The position numbers were made by a program, and so were the translations under genes. Below, piece by piece: positions 44,611-53,901 of a stretch of DNA of 64,000 nt. Positions within the stretch are counted from its first letter, which is position 1, and each line of letters opens with the position of its first letter. Where the stretch lies: positions 32,001 to 96,000 of the forward strand of contig CAWDOY010000048.1 in assembly GCA_963803975.1 (NCBI GenBank), written 5' to 3'. This stretch comes from an uncultured delta proteobacterium. GTDB lineage: Bacteria; Desulfobacterota; WTBG01; CAIYCZ01. The notes below the pieces were generated by a model. The model was not told the origin of the DNA. It saw nothing but the letters and a program-made list of their open reading frames with translations, and searched no databases.

Positions 44611-44798
44611 AACATCTCTTTCCATAATATTTACAGAGAATTTAAGACAATAAATATAGTATCTTCGCCCTATTTTCAAGGACTATCATCTTGATAAATG
44701 AATTTAAAAGCAATCCGTTATTTGTGAAAAGAGCATGGATTTTTTATTGACATAAAACATCAACTATTTGATATAGTTTCAGCAAATCTGATACGCGT

Positions 44799-44848
44799 GT
44801 AGGAGCGGCCTCCGGCCGCGAATTCTTCGCGCATGAATGCGCTCCTAC
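44799..44848. repeat. REPIN (inverted pair of GTAG REPs)
   Basis: GTAGGAGCGGCC-TCC-GGCCGCGAA facing TTCGCGCATGAATGCGCTCCTAC. Confidence 0.9.
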
Positions 44849-44860
44849 AGGGATGTTGAT

Positions 44861-45349
44861 ATGAATTCGTTGAATTATTCACCAACCTGTAAAACAACTC
44901 CCGGACACCGGGCATTGCGTCACGGGCGATATTCTGAACCAAACCGCCTCTATCTGTTAACCACGGTAACATACCGGCGGCAACAATTCTTTACAGATTT
45001 ATTTACCGCACGGCTCGTGATAACTGAAATGCGCCGGGTTCATGATGAGGGCCTTATTGAATCGCTGGCATGGGTGCTCATGCCCGATCATTTACACTGG
45101 CTGTTCGGATTAACTGAACACGCAGATTTAAAAAAAGTCATGCATCTGGTAAAAGGCAGGTCTGCGCACTATATAAATGAACGGCTCAGCCGGAACGGCA
45201 AGGTCTGGGATAAAGCATACCATGATCATGCATTGCGCAAGGAAGAAGATGTTAAAAGGGTCGCCCGGTATATTGTAGCCAATCCGCTGCGCAAAAGATT
45301 GGTTAAAAAAATCACCGATTATCCGTTATGGGATGCTATTTGGGTGTGA
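44861..45349 (+). mobile_element. rayT: REP-associated tyrosine transposase (RAYT/TnpA-REP)
   Basis: LR.GRYS...YLLTTVT, MPDHLHW (HUH), YHDHALR.EE...VARYIVANPLR; flanked by REPs. Confidence 0.92.
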
Positions 45350-45364
45350 TAAAATATTTGCATG

Positions 45365-45451
45365 GTAGGAGCGGCCTTCGGCCGCGAATGCTCTCGCGCA
45401 TAAATGCGCTCCTACAACGCTCACGACAGGCGCGTAAAAATGCGCCCCTAC
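45365..45451. repeat. REPIN plus one degenerate REP
   Basis: Near-identical copy of the 44799 REPIN at 45365-45415; extra CGCGTAAAAATGCGCCCCTAC at 45431-45451. Confidence 0.88.
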
Positions 45452-45493
45452 AGCAGTCTCTTGTCATTTATTATAGTTCAGTTAAACGTCAGC

Positions 45494-45531
45494 TAAAAAA
45501 AGGGATTAGCCGCAATGACTAATCCCTTTTT
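45494..45531. terminator. bidirectional intrinsic terminator
   Basis: AAAAAAGGGATTAG-ccgcaatga-CTAATCCCTTTTTT. Confidence 0.8.
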
Positions 45532-45580
45532 TAACGTATAGAACTGTTGGAAGCGAAGAAGAAGTTTTACCTTAGAGAAA

Positions 45581-46270
45581 TTACGCTTCCTTTGCGCCGA
45601 TAAAGCGATAAACGACCGCACCCAGTAATGCGCCAATAATCGGCGCGATCCAGAACAGCCACAGCTGCGCAATTGCCCAGCCTCCAACATATAGCGCAAC
45701 GCCGGTGCTTCGCGCAGGGTTAACAGAGGTGTTGGTTACCGGAATACTGATCAAGTGAATCAGGGTAAGGCAAAGGCCAATGGCAATCGGAGCAAAGCCT
45801 TGCGGCGCCCTCGGGTCAGTTGCTCCCAGAATGACGATCAAGAACATCATCGTCATGACAACTTCACAGACCAGTGCGGCGAGCAATGAGTACCCACCAG
45901 GAGAATGGGCACCATAGCCGTTGGAGGCAAAACCAGCGGTTACATCGAACCCGGCTTTGCCACTGGCAATAATGTATAGAACGCCGCCTGCTGCAATCGC
46001 ACCAAGGACCTGCGCTATAATGTATGGCAACAGTTTGCCTGCGGGGAAGCGACCACCTGCCCAGAGTCCGACGGATACTGCCGGATTAAGGTGGCAGCCC
46101 GAGATATGGCCGATCGCGAAGGCCATCGTCAGAACTGTCAAACCAAATGCAAGGGATACGCCCAGCAGGCCAATGCCCACATTTGGGAATGCTGCGGCCA
46201 GCACCGCACTGCCGCAACCGCCCAACACCAGCCAAAACGTTCCAAAGAACTCTGCACCATACGGTTTCAT
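45581..46270 (-). CDS. aqpZ: aquaporin Z
   Basis: [17 protein letters not shown]; two NPA motifs (HLNPAVS, SVNPARS). Confidence 0.97.
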   Translation of the reverse strand: MKPYGAEFFGTFWLVLGGCGSAVLAAAFPNVGIGLLGVSLAFGLTVLTMAFAIGHISGCHLNPAVSVGLWAGGRFPAGKLLPYIIAQVLGAIAAGGVLYIIASGKAGFDVTAGFASNGYGAHSPGGYSLLAALVCEVVMTMMFLIVILGATDPRAPQGFAPIAIGLCLTLIHLISIPVTNTSVNPARSTGVALYVGGWAIAQLWLFWIAPIIGALLGAVVYRFIGAKEA

Positions 46271-46327
46271 CTCGAGCCCTCCTGTGTTGTTGGTTGTTGT
46301 TGATACGCGATACGCCTGACTGTTCAG

Positions 46328-46813
46328 TTATTTGACGAGCGGTATGTTTGCCGCAAGCTCGAATTTCAGCACGGCACTTATCTTGTTTTCAAGCTGCAAA
46401 TAGCGTGCGGTTTTTATATTGCCCAGCACCTTGCTGAATTTGGGCACATAAGACTGGAGAAGCTTTACCCGCGCGGTTTCAAGCGCCAGGTAGTCTTTGG
46501 TCAGGGCCTGGGCTTTCTGGTCGGTCATGGTTTCATAATTTGCCGCATAGTCTTCAATCAGCTTAAGAAGCTTTCCATTGTGGCTGGTGAGGTCCTTCTG
46601 AAAGCTCTCATACACCGGCCAGAACCCCTTGGCTTCCTTTTCCGTGAGTTCCATGTTTTCGGCGACAAACAGCTTCTTGTCGGCCTTGATTTTATCTTTG
46701 ACCAGCTGCATGTTGTCGGCAGGTTTGTCCTCCGCCAGCACCGGCACGGTTACCCCGGCCAGGAAAATTCCGATGGTAAGAGCGAGAATAATAACATTGA
46801 CTTTTGCCTTCAT
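46328..46813 (-). CDS. secreted helical protein, paralog of 9331..9813
   Basis: Signal peptide; motifs shared with 9331..9813; GGAGG RBS. Confidence 0.8.
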   Translation of the reverse strand: MKAKVNVIILALTIGIFLAGVTVPVLAEDKPADNMQLVKDKIKADKKLFVAENMELTEKEAKGFWPVYESFQKDLTSHNGKLLKLIEDYAANYETMTDQKAQALTKDYLALETARVKLLQSYVPKFSKVLGNIKTARYLQLENKISAVLKFELAANIPLVK

Positions 46814-47053
46814 GTGACCTCCATTTAAAAAGTGATTGTTTAGAACAGCATACCCTTGTTACTACTATAATCTGCAGATATCAAATAAAGCTGCAGAATA
46901 CAGTAGACTCATATACCTCTACATAGCAAATAAAAAGAATTATTTAAAGAAATTAATTGTATATAACTTTAGTCGCTCCTTGTGCACTTTACTGCAATGG
47001 TGATATACTTTAAATATAACAAAAGAGAGTTATCTGAATGATTATATAGGAGC

Positions 47054-47152
47054 ATCTCCGAGCCTTGCAGCCTAAAAGGGTATCAGCTTCTCAGGGCAAA
47101 AGGCCACTGGGTTGTGCTGGAAACAGCAGAGCCTCCCGTGCGGAAAGGAGAT
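47054..47152 (+). ncRNA. Moco/Tuco RNA motif (molybdenum/tungsten cofactor riboswitch candidate)
   Basis: ATCTCCGAGC...CCTAA...TGCTG-GAAA-CAGCA..GCCTCCCG..CGGAAAGGAGAT; P1 ATCTCC/GGAGAT; lies 5' of an AOR gene. Confidence 0.8.
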
Positions 47153-47190
47153 CGGATGAAATCTAACAGGACAAAGGTAAGGGAGGAATT

Positions 47191-48918
47191 ATGACAGAAA
47201 AAATCTATCGGGTAAACATGACGACACTCACGGCTGCGATTGAAGACGTGCCGGAGAAATGGAAGGTGCTTGGCGGCAGGGGCTTGACTTCAATCATTGT
47301 AGCCCAGGAAGTGAAACCCACCTGCAATCCGCTGGGCAAGTACAATAAGCTTATCTTTGCTCCCGGCTTGCTTACCGGGACCATGTGCGCGAACTCAGGA
47401 AGGCTCTCGGCCGGCGCTAAAAGCCCGCTGACCGGCACCATCAAGGAGAGCAACGCCGGGGGGACTGCGGCACAGTGTTTTGCCGATCTGGGCGTAAAGG
47501 CTCTTATTATTGAAGGCCTGCCGGAGAAAGACACCTGGTATAATCTCCATGTTGACAAGAACGGGGTCGCGATACAGGAAGAAACCGAATTAGTCGGCAA
47601 GAAGAATTATGAAGTAATGCAAACGCTTAGCAAAAAGCATGGAGAAAAAATAGGGATTTTATCCATCGGCCCGGCAGGCGAGATGCGCATGGCAGCTGCC
47701 AATATCTCAGTAAAGGACCCTGATGGAAATATTCGCAGCCACGGCCGCGGCGGTTTGGGCGCAGTCATGGGTTCAAAAAAGATAAAATATATCACCATTG
47801 ATCCTGCCGGAGGCCCCGGCGTCGAGATTATCGATCAGGAAAAATTCAAGAAGACTGCCCGTGCGTTTGCAAAGGCGCTCCTGGAAAATCCCGTCAGCGG
47901 GCAGTCACTCAAAATGTACGGCACTGATGTTCTGGTGAATATCCTGAATGAATCGGGGGGGCTTCCGACCAGAAATTTTCGCGAGGGCCAGTTTGCCGGA
48001 GCTGAGAAAATAAGCGGCGAGACCCTGCGCGAAACTATTATAAAGCGCAACGGGAAACCGCATCACGCCTGTCATGCCGGGTGCGTCATTCAATGCTCGC
48101 AGGTATACAATGATAAGGATGGCAATTATGTGACCTCAGGTTTTGAGTATGAAACGATCTGGGGCTTTGGCGCCAACTGCTGTATAGACGATCTGGACAT
48201 TATTGCCGAAGCAGACCACATGCTGGACGATATCGGGATTGACTCGATTGAAACCGCGGTAGCCATGGGGGTTGCCATGGAAGCCGGGATTATTCCGTTT
48301 GGCGACGGTCCCGGCGCGCTCAAGCTGTTGAAGGAAATAGGTGAGGGCACGCCGCTGGGAAGGATTCTCGGCTCAGGGGCCGGAGCAGTCGGCAAGGCCT
48401 ATGGTGTTACCAGGGTGCCGGTTGTTAAAAATCAGGGGCTTTCAGCCTATGACCCGAGGCCGGTAAAAGGTATGGGTATTACCTATGCGACGTCGACGAT
48501 GGGCAGTGACCATACTGCAGGGTACTGTGTCCCGACCAATATCCTGAGAATCGGCGGTTTTGTCGATCCCCTGAAGAAGGAAGGGGAGGTAGATCTGTCA
48601 AGAAAATTGCAGATAGGCACTGCATTGATCGACAGCACCGGTCTTTGTATTTTCGTTATATTCGCGATGCTGGATAAACCGGAAGTATTTTCCCTGGTGT
48701 TTGACATGATCAATGCCAAGTATGGTCTTGACATGACCGTAGATGACGGGCGTACCCTGGGCAGAAAAATACTGCGCACCGAGCATGAATTTAACCTGGC
48801 AGCCGGGTTCAGCAATAGAAATGACCGCCTCCCGGAATTTTTCGAGGAGCCGATACCGCCGCACAATGCGGTGTGGGATTTTACCACTGAAGAGATTGAT
48901 TCATTCTGGGGTGTATAA
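47191..48918 (+). CDS. aor: aldehyde:ferredoxin oxidoreductase-family tungstoenzyme
   Basis: GGRGLTS, KSPLTGTIKESNAGG, GRGGLGAVMGSK, CHAGCVIQC, AYDPR; intact 575 aa. Confidence 0.93.
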   Translation: MTEKIYRVNMTTLTAAIEDVPEKWKVLGGRGLTSIIVAQEVKPTCNPLGKYNKLIFAPGLLTGTMCANSGRLSAGAKSPLTGTIKESNAGGTAAQCFADLGVKALIIEGLPEKDTWYNLHVDKNGVAIQEETELVGKKNYEVMQTLSKKHGEKIGILSIGPAGEMRMAAANISVKDPDGNIRSHGRGGLGAVMGSKKIKYITIDPAGGPGVEIIDQEKFKKTARAFAKALLENPVSGQSLKMYGTDVLVNILNESGGLPTRNFREGQFAGAEKISGETLRETIIKRNGKPHHACHAGCVIQCSQVYNDKDGNYVTSGFEYETIWGFGANCCIDDLDIIAEADHMLDDIGIDSIETAVAMGVAMEAGIIPFGDGPGALKLLKEIGEGTPLGRILGSGAGAVGKAYGVTRVPVVKNQGLSAYDPRPVKGMGITYATSTMGSDHTAGYCVPTNILRIGGFVDPLKKEGEVDLSRKLQIGTALIDSTGLCIFVIFAMLDKPEVFSLVFDMINAKYGLDMTVDDGRTLGRKILRTEHEFNLAAGFSNRNDRLPEFFEEPIPPHNAVWDFTTEEIDSFWGV

Positions 48919-48957
48919 GCTCTAACCAAAGATATTTGTAATTTTGCAATCGCATGA

Positions 48958-49037
48958 GCGACCCCCTCTGACTCCCCCTTGGAATAAAGGGGGAGAACTA
49001 TTCCCCTCCTTAATAAGGAGGGGTTAGGGGAGGTCGG
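48958..49037. repeat. REP-like double palindrome
   Basis: CTCCCCCTT..AAGGGGGAG and CCCCTCCTT..AAGGAGGGG inside GACC..GGTC arms. Confidence 0.55.
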
Positions 49038-49087
49038 ATGTAAAGCCAGTGTGATCTGAGAGTAAAATTCTCAGATTTGAATGAATG

Positions 49088-49120
49088 TGAAGCTCCCCGC
49101 CCGCGGGGCGGGGCTTTCAC
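49088..49120. repeat. GC-rich palindrome (REP-like or IS200/IS605-end-like)
   Basis: GTGAAGCTCCCCGCCC-GCG-GGGCGGGGCTTTCAC. Confidence 0.45.
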
Positions 49121-49148
49121 GGCAGGATACCGGTAAACTCAAAAAAAT

Positions 49149-49186
49149 AAAATAACCCCGCATAATTTTAGCGGGGTTATTTTTTT
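49149..49186. terminator. bidirectional intrinsic terminator
   Basis: AAAATAACCCCGC-ataatttta-GCGGGGTTATTTT between convergent AOR genes. Confidence 0.8.
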
Positions 49187-49214
49187 AGTCAATCTATTTT
49201 TCAGAAATTGCCGG

Positions 49215-51071
49215 TTACAAACCCTTAGCAATGCTCTCCAGACCTAATTCTTTGATCCTTGCTGAAGAAGGTTTGCCGGTTACCGTATCCCATCCCAACT
49301 TGCCAAGGTAGTCGCTTATGAGCGTTTTGGCGTCAATGGTTATATTGCAAGCGGGCCGGCCTGAAGCGGCGGGCTTCCGATCATTCTCCCGGGAATTTTC
49401 CAGTCAGACAGTTTCACTCCCTCACGGATATTAAACAGCATCCGCATGGTGCCGATTCTCTCTCCAATGGTTTGAAGCTGCTCCAGGGAACAGGGCTGAC
49501 CGGTCGTGTATTCCAGAAACGGGGGTATCATGTCCGCGCCATACACCATAAAGGCAAAGTAGCACATGCCTGAAGCATTGATGACATGGGAGAGGTTACT
49601 CATATACCGGTGCAGATCGCTTTTCCCGGTGTACTGGTATTTTTCAACCATCTCGAAGGGAATGCCGGGGATGAAAAATCCGCTCTCAAGAAATGCCGAG
49701 CCGCCCTGCATGTGACGCGCGGGGGTGGCGTCAGCGCAGTAGCTCGTGGCGTAGCCGGGTGTGCAGCGGGGGTCATGCATGGGAATTTCCTGCCCGCCCA
49801 CATGCATGGCGAATTGTTCCGATCCTTTACCGATCTTCTGCGCAGCCACGCGGGTTCCATCAGCAAGAATTTCTCCAAAGCCTTCTCTGCGGGCTATTTT
49901 TTCGCTCAGCGCGACTATGGCCTGATGGTTTCCCCAGGTAAGCTCCAGGCCGTCGGCATCGTTCTTTGAGAGGATGCCCTGCTCGTAACATTCAATAGCA
50001 AAGGCGATCGTTGCCCCGAGGGAGATGGTGTCAATCCCGGCGCGGTCACAGATATCATTTATCTTTATGATGGATTCCAGGTTGTCATTGAGACACAGGC
50101 AGCCCAGCGCGCCCAGGGTTTCATATTCCGGCTTGTGGGTTGTGCAGGCATACGGCCCGCTCGCGACGGTCATTTCTCCGCCGCAGGCAATGGGACATCC
50201 CCAGCACGCATATTTTTTCTGCTGAAAGGCAAGCAGACTCTGATCGCTGATGGCGGCCGCGTTGGGAAAATCTATCGCGCCTACTCCTTTCCAGTTTTTA
50301 ACGGGCGATTCGCCATTGGCGGCAAACATGGCAGTGACTCCGCAGGTGCCCAGATTGGAGAAGAGCTGAAACGTCGGGCTCTGCTGACCTGCAGCAATAA
50401 GTGTTTTGCGCAGGTTCTGGGCCATCTCTTCATTTGCCAGCGGGATTTTGCCGGTACCTTTAACGACGATAGCTTTCAGCTTTTTTGAGCCCATGAGCGC
50501 CCCTAAGCCGGAGCGCGCAGCCGCACGCCACTTGTCATTAATAATACTGGCTATGAGGGAACGTTTTTCACCGGCCGGACCAATCGAGGCAACGCGGATA
50601 TCAGCGCCATGTTCTTTTTTCAGCCGGTCTTCCAGTTCATTGGTATCTAAACCGACATACGGGGCAGCATCTCGCAGCTCAAGTTTTCCGTCCTCTATGA
50701 AGAGATTAACCCACGCATTGCTCGCACCTTTAAAAAAGATGGCGTCAAAACCTGCCCGCTTCAATGCAGGGCCGAAAAATCCTCCTGAATTAGCATCTCC
50801 CCAGGCCCCGGTGAGCGGGGATTTACCCATCACGGTATAACGCGATGAACTTACTGCCGGCGTCCCGGTCAGCGGGCCCGGTTGCAAACCCCAGTATGTT
50901 TTCCGGGTCAAGCGGCTTTACCCCGGGCTTTTGCGCATCGCAAATCAGTTTTAAACCTATCCCATACCCGCCGAGATACTGTTCATAGAGAGCATTTCCC
51001 GGTTCAATGACCTCAATCCTGCCGTTTGAGAGATCTATCCATGCTATTTTTCCAATAGTGCCGCCTCGCAT
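49215..51071 (-). CDS. aldehyde:ferredoxin oxidoreductase-family tungstoenzyme (frameshifts near 50880 and 49345)
   Basis: YLGGYGIG, KSPLTGAWGDANSGG, AARSGLGALMGSK, CWGCPIAC, PEYET, MHDPR. Confidence 0.88.
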
Positions 51072-51373
51072 TGTTAATCTCCTCCTTTTAACCAACCATG
51101 GTTTTTGTTATAAACAGTTTTATTATGAATACCAGCAATAACTACACGAACTATAAAACGTTACCTTATAAAATACAATCGGAAAAACAATAAGGGAGCC
51201 TGTGAAAAACCACTTTTATTAACAACCTGACCGTGCGCGCATGGCTCTATAAGGGACTGCTGGACGGGGAGGGGAATTAATGATAAATATAACAGAAATA
51301 AATTACGCAGCGCTGTGGCCGGGATATACGGTGCATAGCTGAAAGAATAAAAAATCTGCAGTTATTGATTACT

Positions 51374-52627
51374 ATGAAAACAAAAAAATCCTTACAGGGT
51401 GAAGTTGACGAAGCCGGGCGATTAATTCTTCCGGAAGAAGTGATTTTCCGCTACGGCTTACAGCCTGGCGCGAAGGTAAGCATCAGCGAGGAGGGGAGCG
51501 GAATTCACGTTCATCAGCCGGTTACGCATTTGCGCAAAGTGTATATCGAGCCTACCACGCAGTGTAATCTTAACTGCCGTATGTGCATTCGCAACACCTG
51601 GGAAGAGCCCTTGGGACAGATGACCGAAGCAACGTTTGACTGCATTCTAAAAAGTCTGCGAGCTTTCTCACCCCCGCCAACGGTCATATTTGGCGGCTTC
51701 GGTGAACCGCTGTCACACCCGCGTATTGCTGAAATGGTAGCAGCAGTGAAAGAGCTCAACGCGCCGGTTGAATTGATTACCAACGCAACCGTGCTTACAA
51801 AGGACCTCTCGCGGCATCTTATAGAAGCAGGGCTTGATGTGCTGTGGGTTTCACTCGACGCGGCAACAACAGAGGTTTACGGAGATGTTCGCCTCGGGGC
51901 CATACTGCCTCAGGTCATATCAAATGTGGCATGTTTTCGCGATATGCAGCGGTCAACCAATCCAGCGCCCCTGCACTTAGGGATTGTTTTTGTGGCTATG
52001 AAGCGCAATATAGCTGATTTGCCAGCAGTGATGCGGCTGGGCAGGCAACTGGGCGCGGACCGCTTTATGCTTACTAATATCCTGCCATACTCGCAGGAGC
52101 TGACAGAGGAGGTATTATATGCCCGCAGCCTGAGTGAGCCGCCAACGCCGCCTTCTGCGATGGTACCGCATTTAAATTTATCCAGAATCGACATAAACGA
52201 GGAGACGCGCACGGCACTCTCTAAAATTCTGAGCAGCACGCGCGATGTACATTCTAACCAGAGCAGCGGCGCGGATATGAGCAACTCGTGTCCGTTTATT
52301 GAGAGCGGGTCAACTGCAGTGTGCTGGGATGGCAGCGTAAGCCCCTGTCTTCCTCTGCTGCACAGTCACACCGCCTTCATTCATGAGCGCAAGCGTTTTT
52401 CGCGACGTCATGTCATCGGCAATGTTAGTGAACATGATTTGCAGGAATTATGGAATACGCCGGAGTATATCGCGCTGCGCAAACGGGTCCAGGCATTTGA
52501 TTTTTCGCCCTGTGTTTTTTGCGGCGGCTGTAATTTTTCACAAACCAATGAAGAGGACTGCATCGGAAATCTCTTTCCGACCTGCGGCGGCTGCCTCTGG
52601 GCGCAGGGCGTTATTCAATGTCCCTGA
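51374..52627 (+). CDS. tungsten-cofactor oxidoreductase radical SAM maturase (SPASM domain, AbrB-like N-terminus)
   Basis: CNLNCRMC, FGGFGEPL; C-terminal CVFCGGC..EEDC..PTCGGCLWAQGVIQCP; divergent from an AOR gene. Confidence 0.85.
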   Translation: MKTKKSLQGEVDEAGRLILPEEVIFRYGLQPGAKVSISEEGSGIHVHQPVTHLRKVYIEPTTQCNLNCRMCIRNTWEEPLGQMTEATFDCILKSLRAFSPPPTVIFGGFGEPLSHPRIAEMVAAVKELNAPVELITNATVLTKDLSRHLIEAGLDVLWVSLDAATTEVYGDVRLGAILPQVISNVACFRDMQRSTNPAPLHLGIVFVAMKRNIADLPAVMRLGRQLGADRFMLTNILPYSQELTEEVLYARSLSEPPTPPSAMVPHLNLSRIDINEETRTALSKILSSTRDVHSNQSSGADMSNSCPFIESGSTAVCWDGSVSPCLPLLHSHTAFIHERKRFSRRHVIGNVSEHDLQELWNTPEYIALRKRVQAFDFSPCVFCGGCNFSQTNEEDCIGNLFPTCGGCLWAQGVIQCP

Positions 52628-52724
52628 ACTCTTTCAAAAAAACCGGCACGATGTGCCTGAGATTTATTACGGTTTAAAAAACCTTTGACGCTTTTATTAT
52701 CTGACACAATGAAAGGGGGCCAGC

Positions 52725-53324
52725 ATGAGCAGCAGCAATGTTTTTTTGGCATACCTGAAAAAAATCTACGCAGACTATAAAAAATTCGAGCAGTTCCACA
52801 AGGTTCAGAGCAGAAATCCGACGGTGACCTTTGAGGAGGACGTGCAGATACTGAACCGCAAAGCATTGGTGCTTGGCAAGCGGGTCTATATCAGCAAGGG
52901 TGTCGTGCTGCACTGCGGCGGCGGCTACTGGAGCAATTTCGGCGGGAAAATAACCATCGGCGATCATGCGTATATAGGCTCATACGCTCTTTTGCAGGGC
53001 GCCGGGGAGATCGAGATTGGAAAGAACTGCCAGATAGGCCCCAACTGCATGATTTTCTCGCTCGGGCCATCCATAAAGAAAATATTACTCGACAGAAGCG
53101 TGCTGGACCAGGACATGATGCCCCATGATTTTAAAAAGGTGACCATCGAGGAAAACGCCATCGTCGGCGCAGGCACTGTCATCTTGCCGGGGGTTACCAT
53201 CGGCCATGGCTCGCTCATCTGGCCGGGAAGCTTTATCCATAAGGATGTCGCGCCGGAAACCTATATCGTCACCAAGCAGAGCTCAAAGAATTTTAAGGCC
53301 CGCGCCGGCCTGTTTCGCGGATAG
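52725..53324 (+). CDS. hexapeptide-repeat acyltransferase
   Basis: ITIGDHAYIG, IEIGKNCQIGPN, VGAGTVILPGVTIG. Confidence 0.85.
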   Translation: MSSSNVFLAYLKKIYADYKKFEQFHKVQSRNPTVTFEEDVQILNRKALVLGKRVYISKGVVLHCGGGYWSNFGGKITIGDHAYIGSYALLQGAGEIEIGKNCQIGPNCMIFSLGPSIKKILLDRSVLDQDMMPHDFKKVTIEENAIVGAGTVILPGVTIGHGSLIWPGSFIHKDVAPETYIVTKQSSKNFKARAGLFRG

Positions 53325-53428
53325 CATGTTTTCATGGATCATATGAAAAACTCTCAGGACAGACGTGCCGCCCATGTCGACAAGCAGCTGCTCGGGCGGC
53401 TCGGCCTTTCCCGCAGGCCATTTGTATA

Positions 53429-53533
53429 AAACTTGTGCATGCATGGATAGAAATTCACCAGGATGAGCTAATGGCAGACTGGAGGCTGGCAATTCAAGGC
53501 GAGCCTATATTCAAGATTGATCCTTTAAAATAG
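53429..53533 (+). pseudogene. C-terminal remnant of a DUF4160 protein
   Basis: KLVHAWIEIHQDELMADWRLAIQGEPIFKIDPLK*, immediately before DUF2442. Confidence 0.7.
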
Positions 53534-53546
53534 GGAGCACATACCT

Positions 53547-53834
53547 ATGAATCCAAGAATCAAAGGCGTAAAGCCAATGGACGATTATAAGCTTCGGCTT
53601 ACATTTACCAATGGGCAGGTTAGAATTTTTGATGTGAAACCTTATTTATCTCAAGGGGTATTCAGGGAATTGAGGAATATTGTAATTTTTCAGTCAGTCA
53701 AACCAGTGCTTGGGAGTATTCAGTGGCAGAATGGGCAGGATTTTTGTCCTGACACGTTGTATCTTGAAAGCAAGCGTTTGAGAAAGCTTCAGCAGAGAAC
53801 AGTAAAAGGAAGACAACGGGGTCTGCATGCTTAG
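53547..53834 (+). CDS. DUF2442 family protein (putative antitoxin)
   Basis: 'VKPMDDYKLRLTFTNG..RIFDVKPYL..GVF..L...SIQW.NGQDFCPDTLY'. Confidence 0.85.
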   Translation: MNPRIKGVKPMDDYKLRLTFTNGQVRIFDVKPYLSQGVFRELRNIVIFQSVKPVLGSIQWQNGQDFCPDTLYLESKRLRKLQQRTVKGRQRGLHA

Positions 53835-53847
53835 CATATTAATCTGT

Positions 53848-53882
53848 GGGGGTTAAAGGGCACTGTTGTCTCCTTTAACCCC
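53848..53882. terminator. hairpin between convergent genes
   Basis: GGGGTTAAAGG...CCTTTAACCCC. Confidence 0.55.
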
Positions 53883-53901
53883 GTATCTGCGAATCGAAGC
53901 A

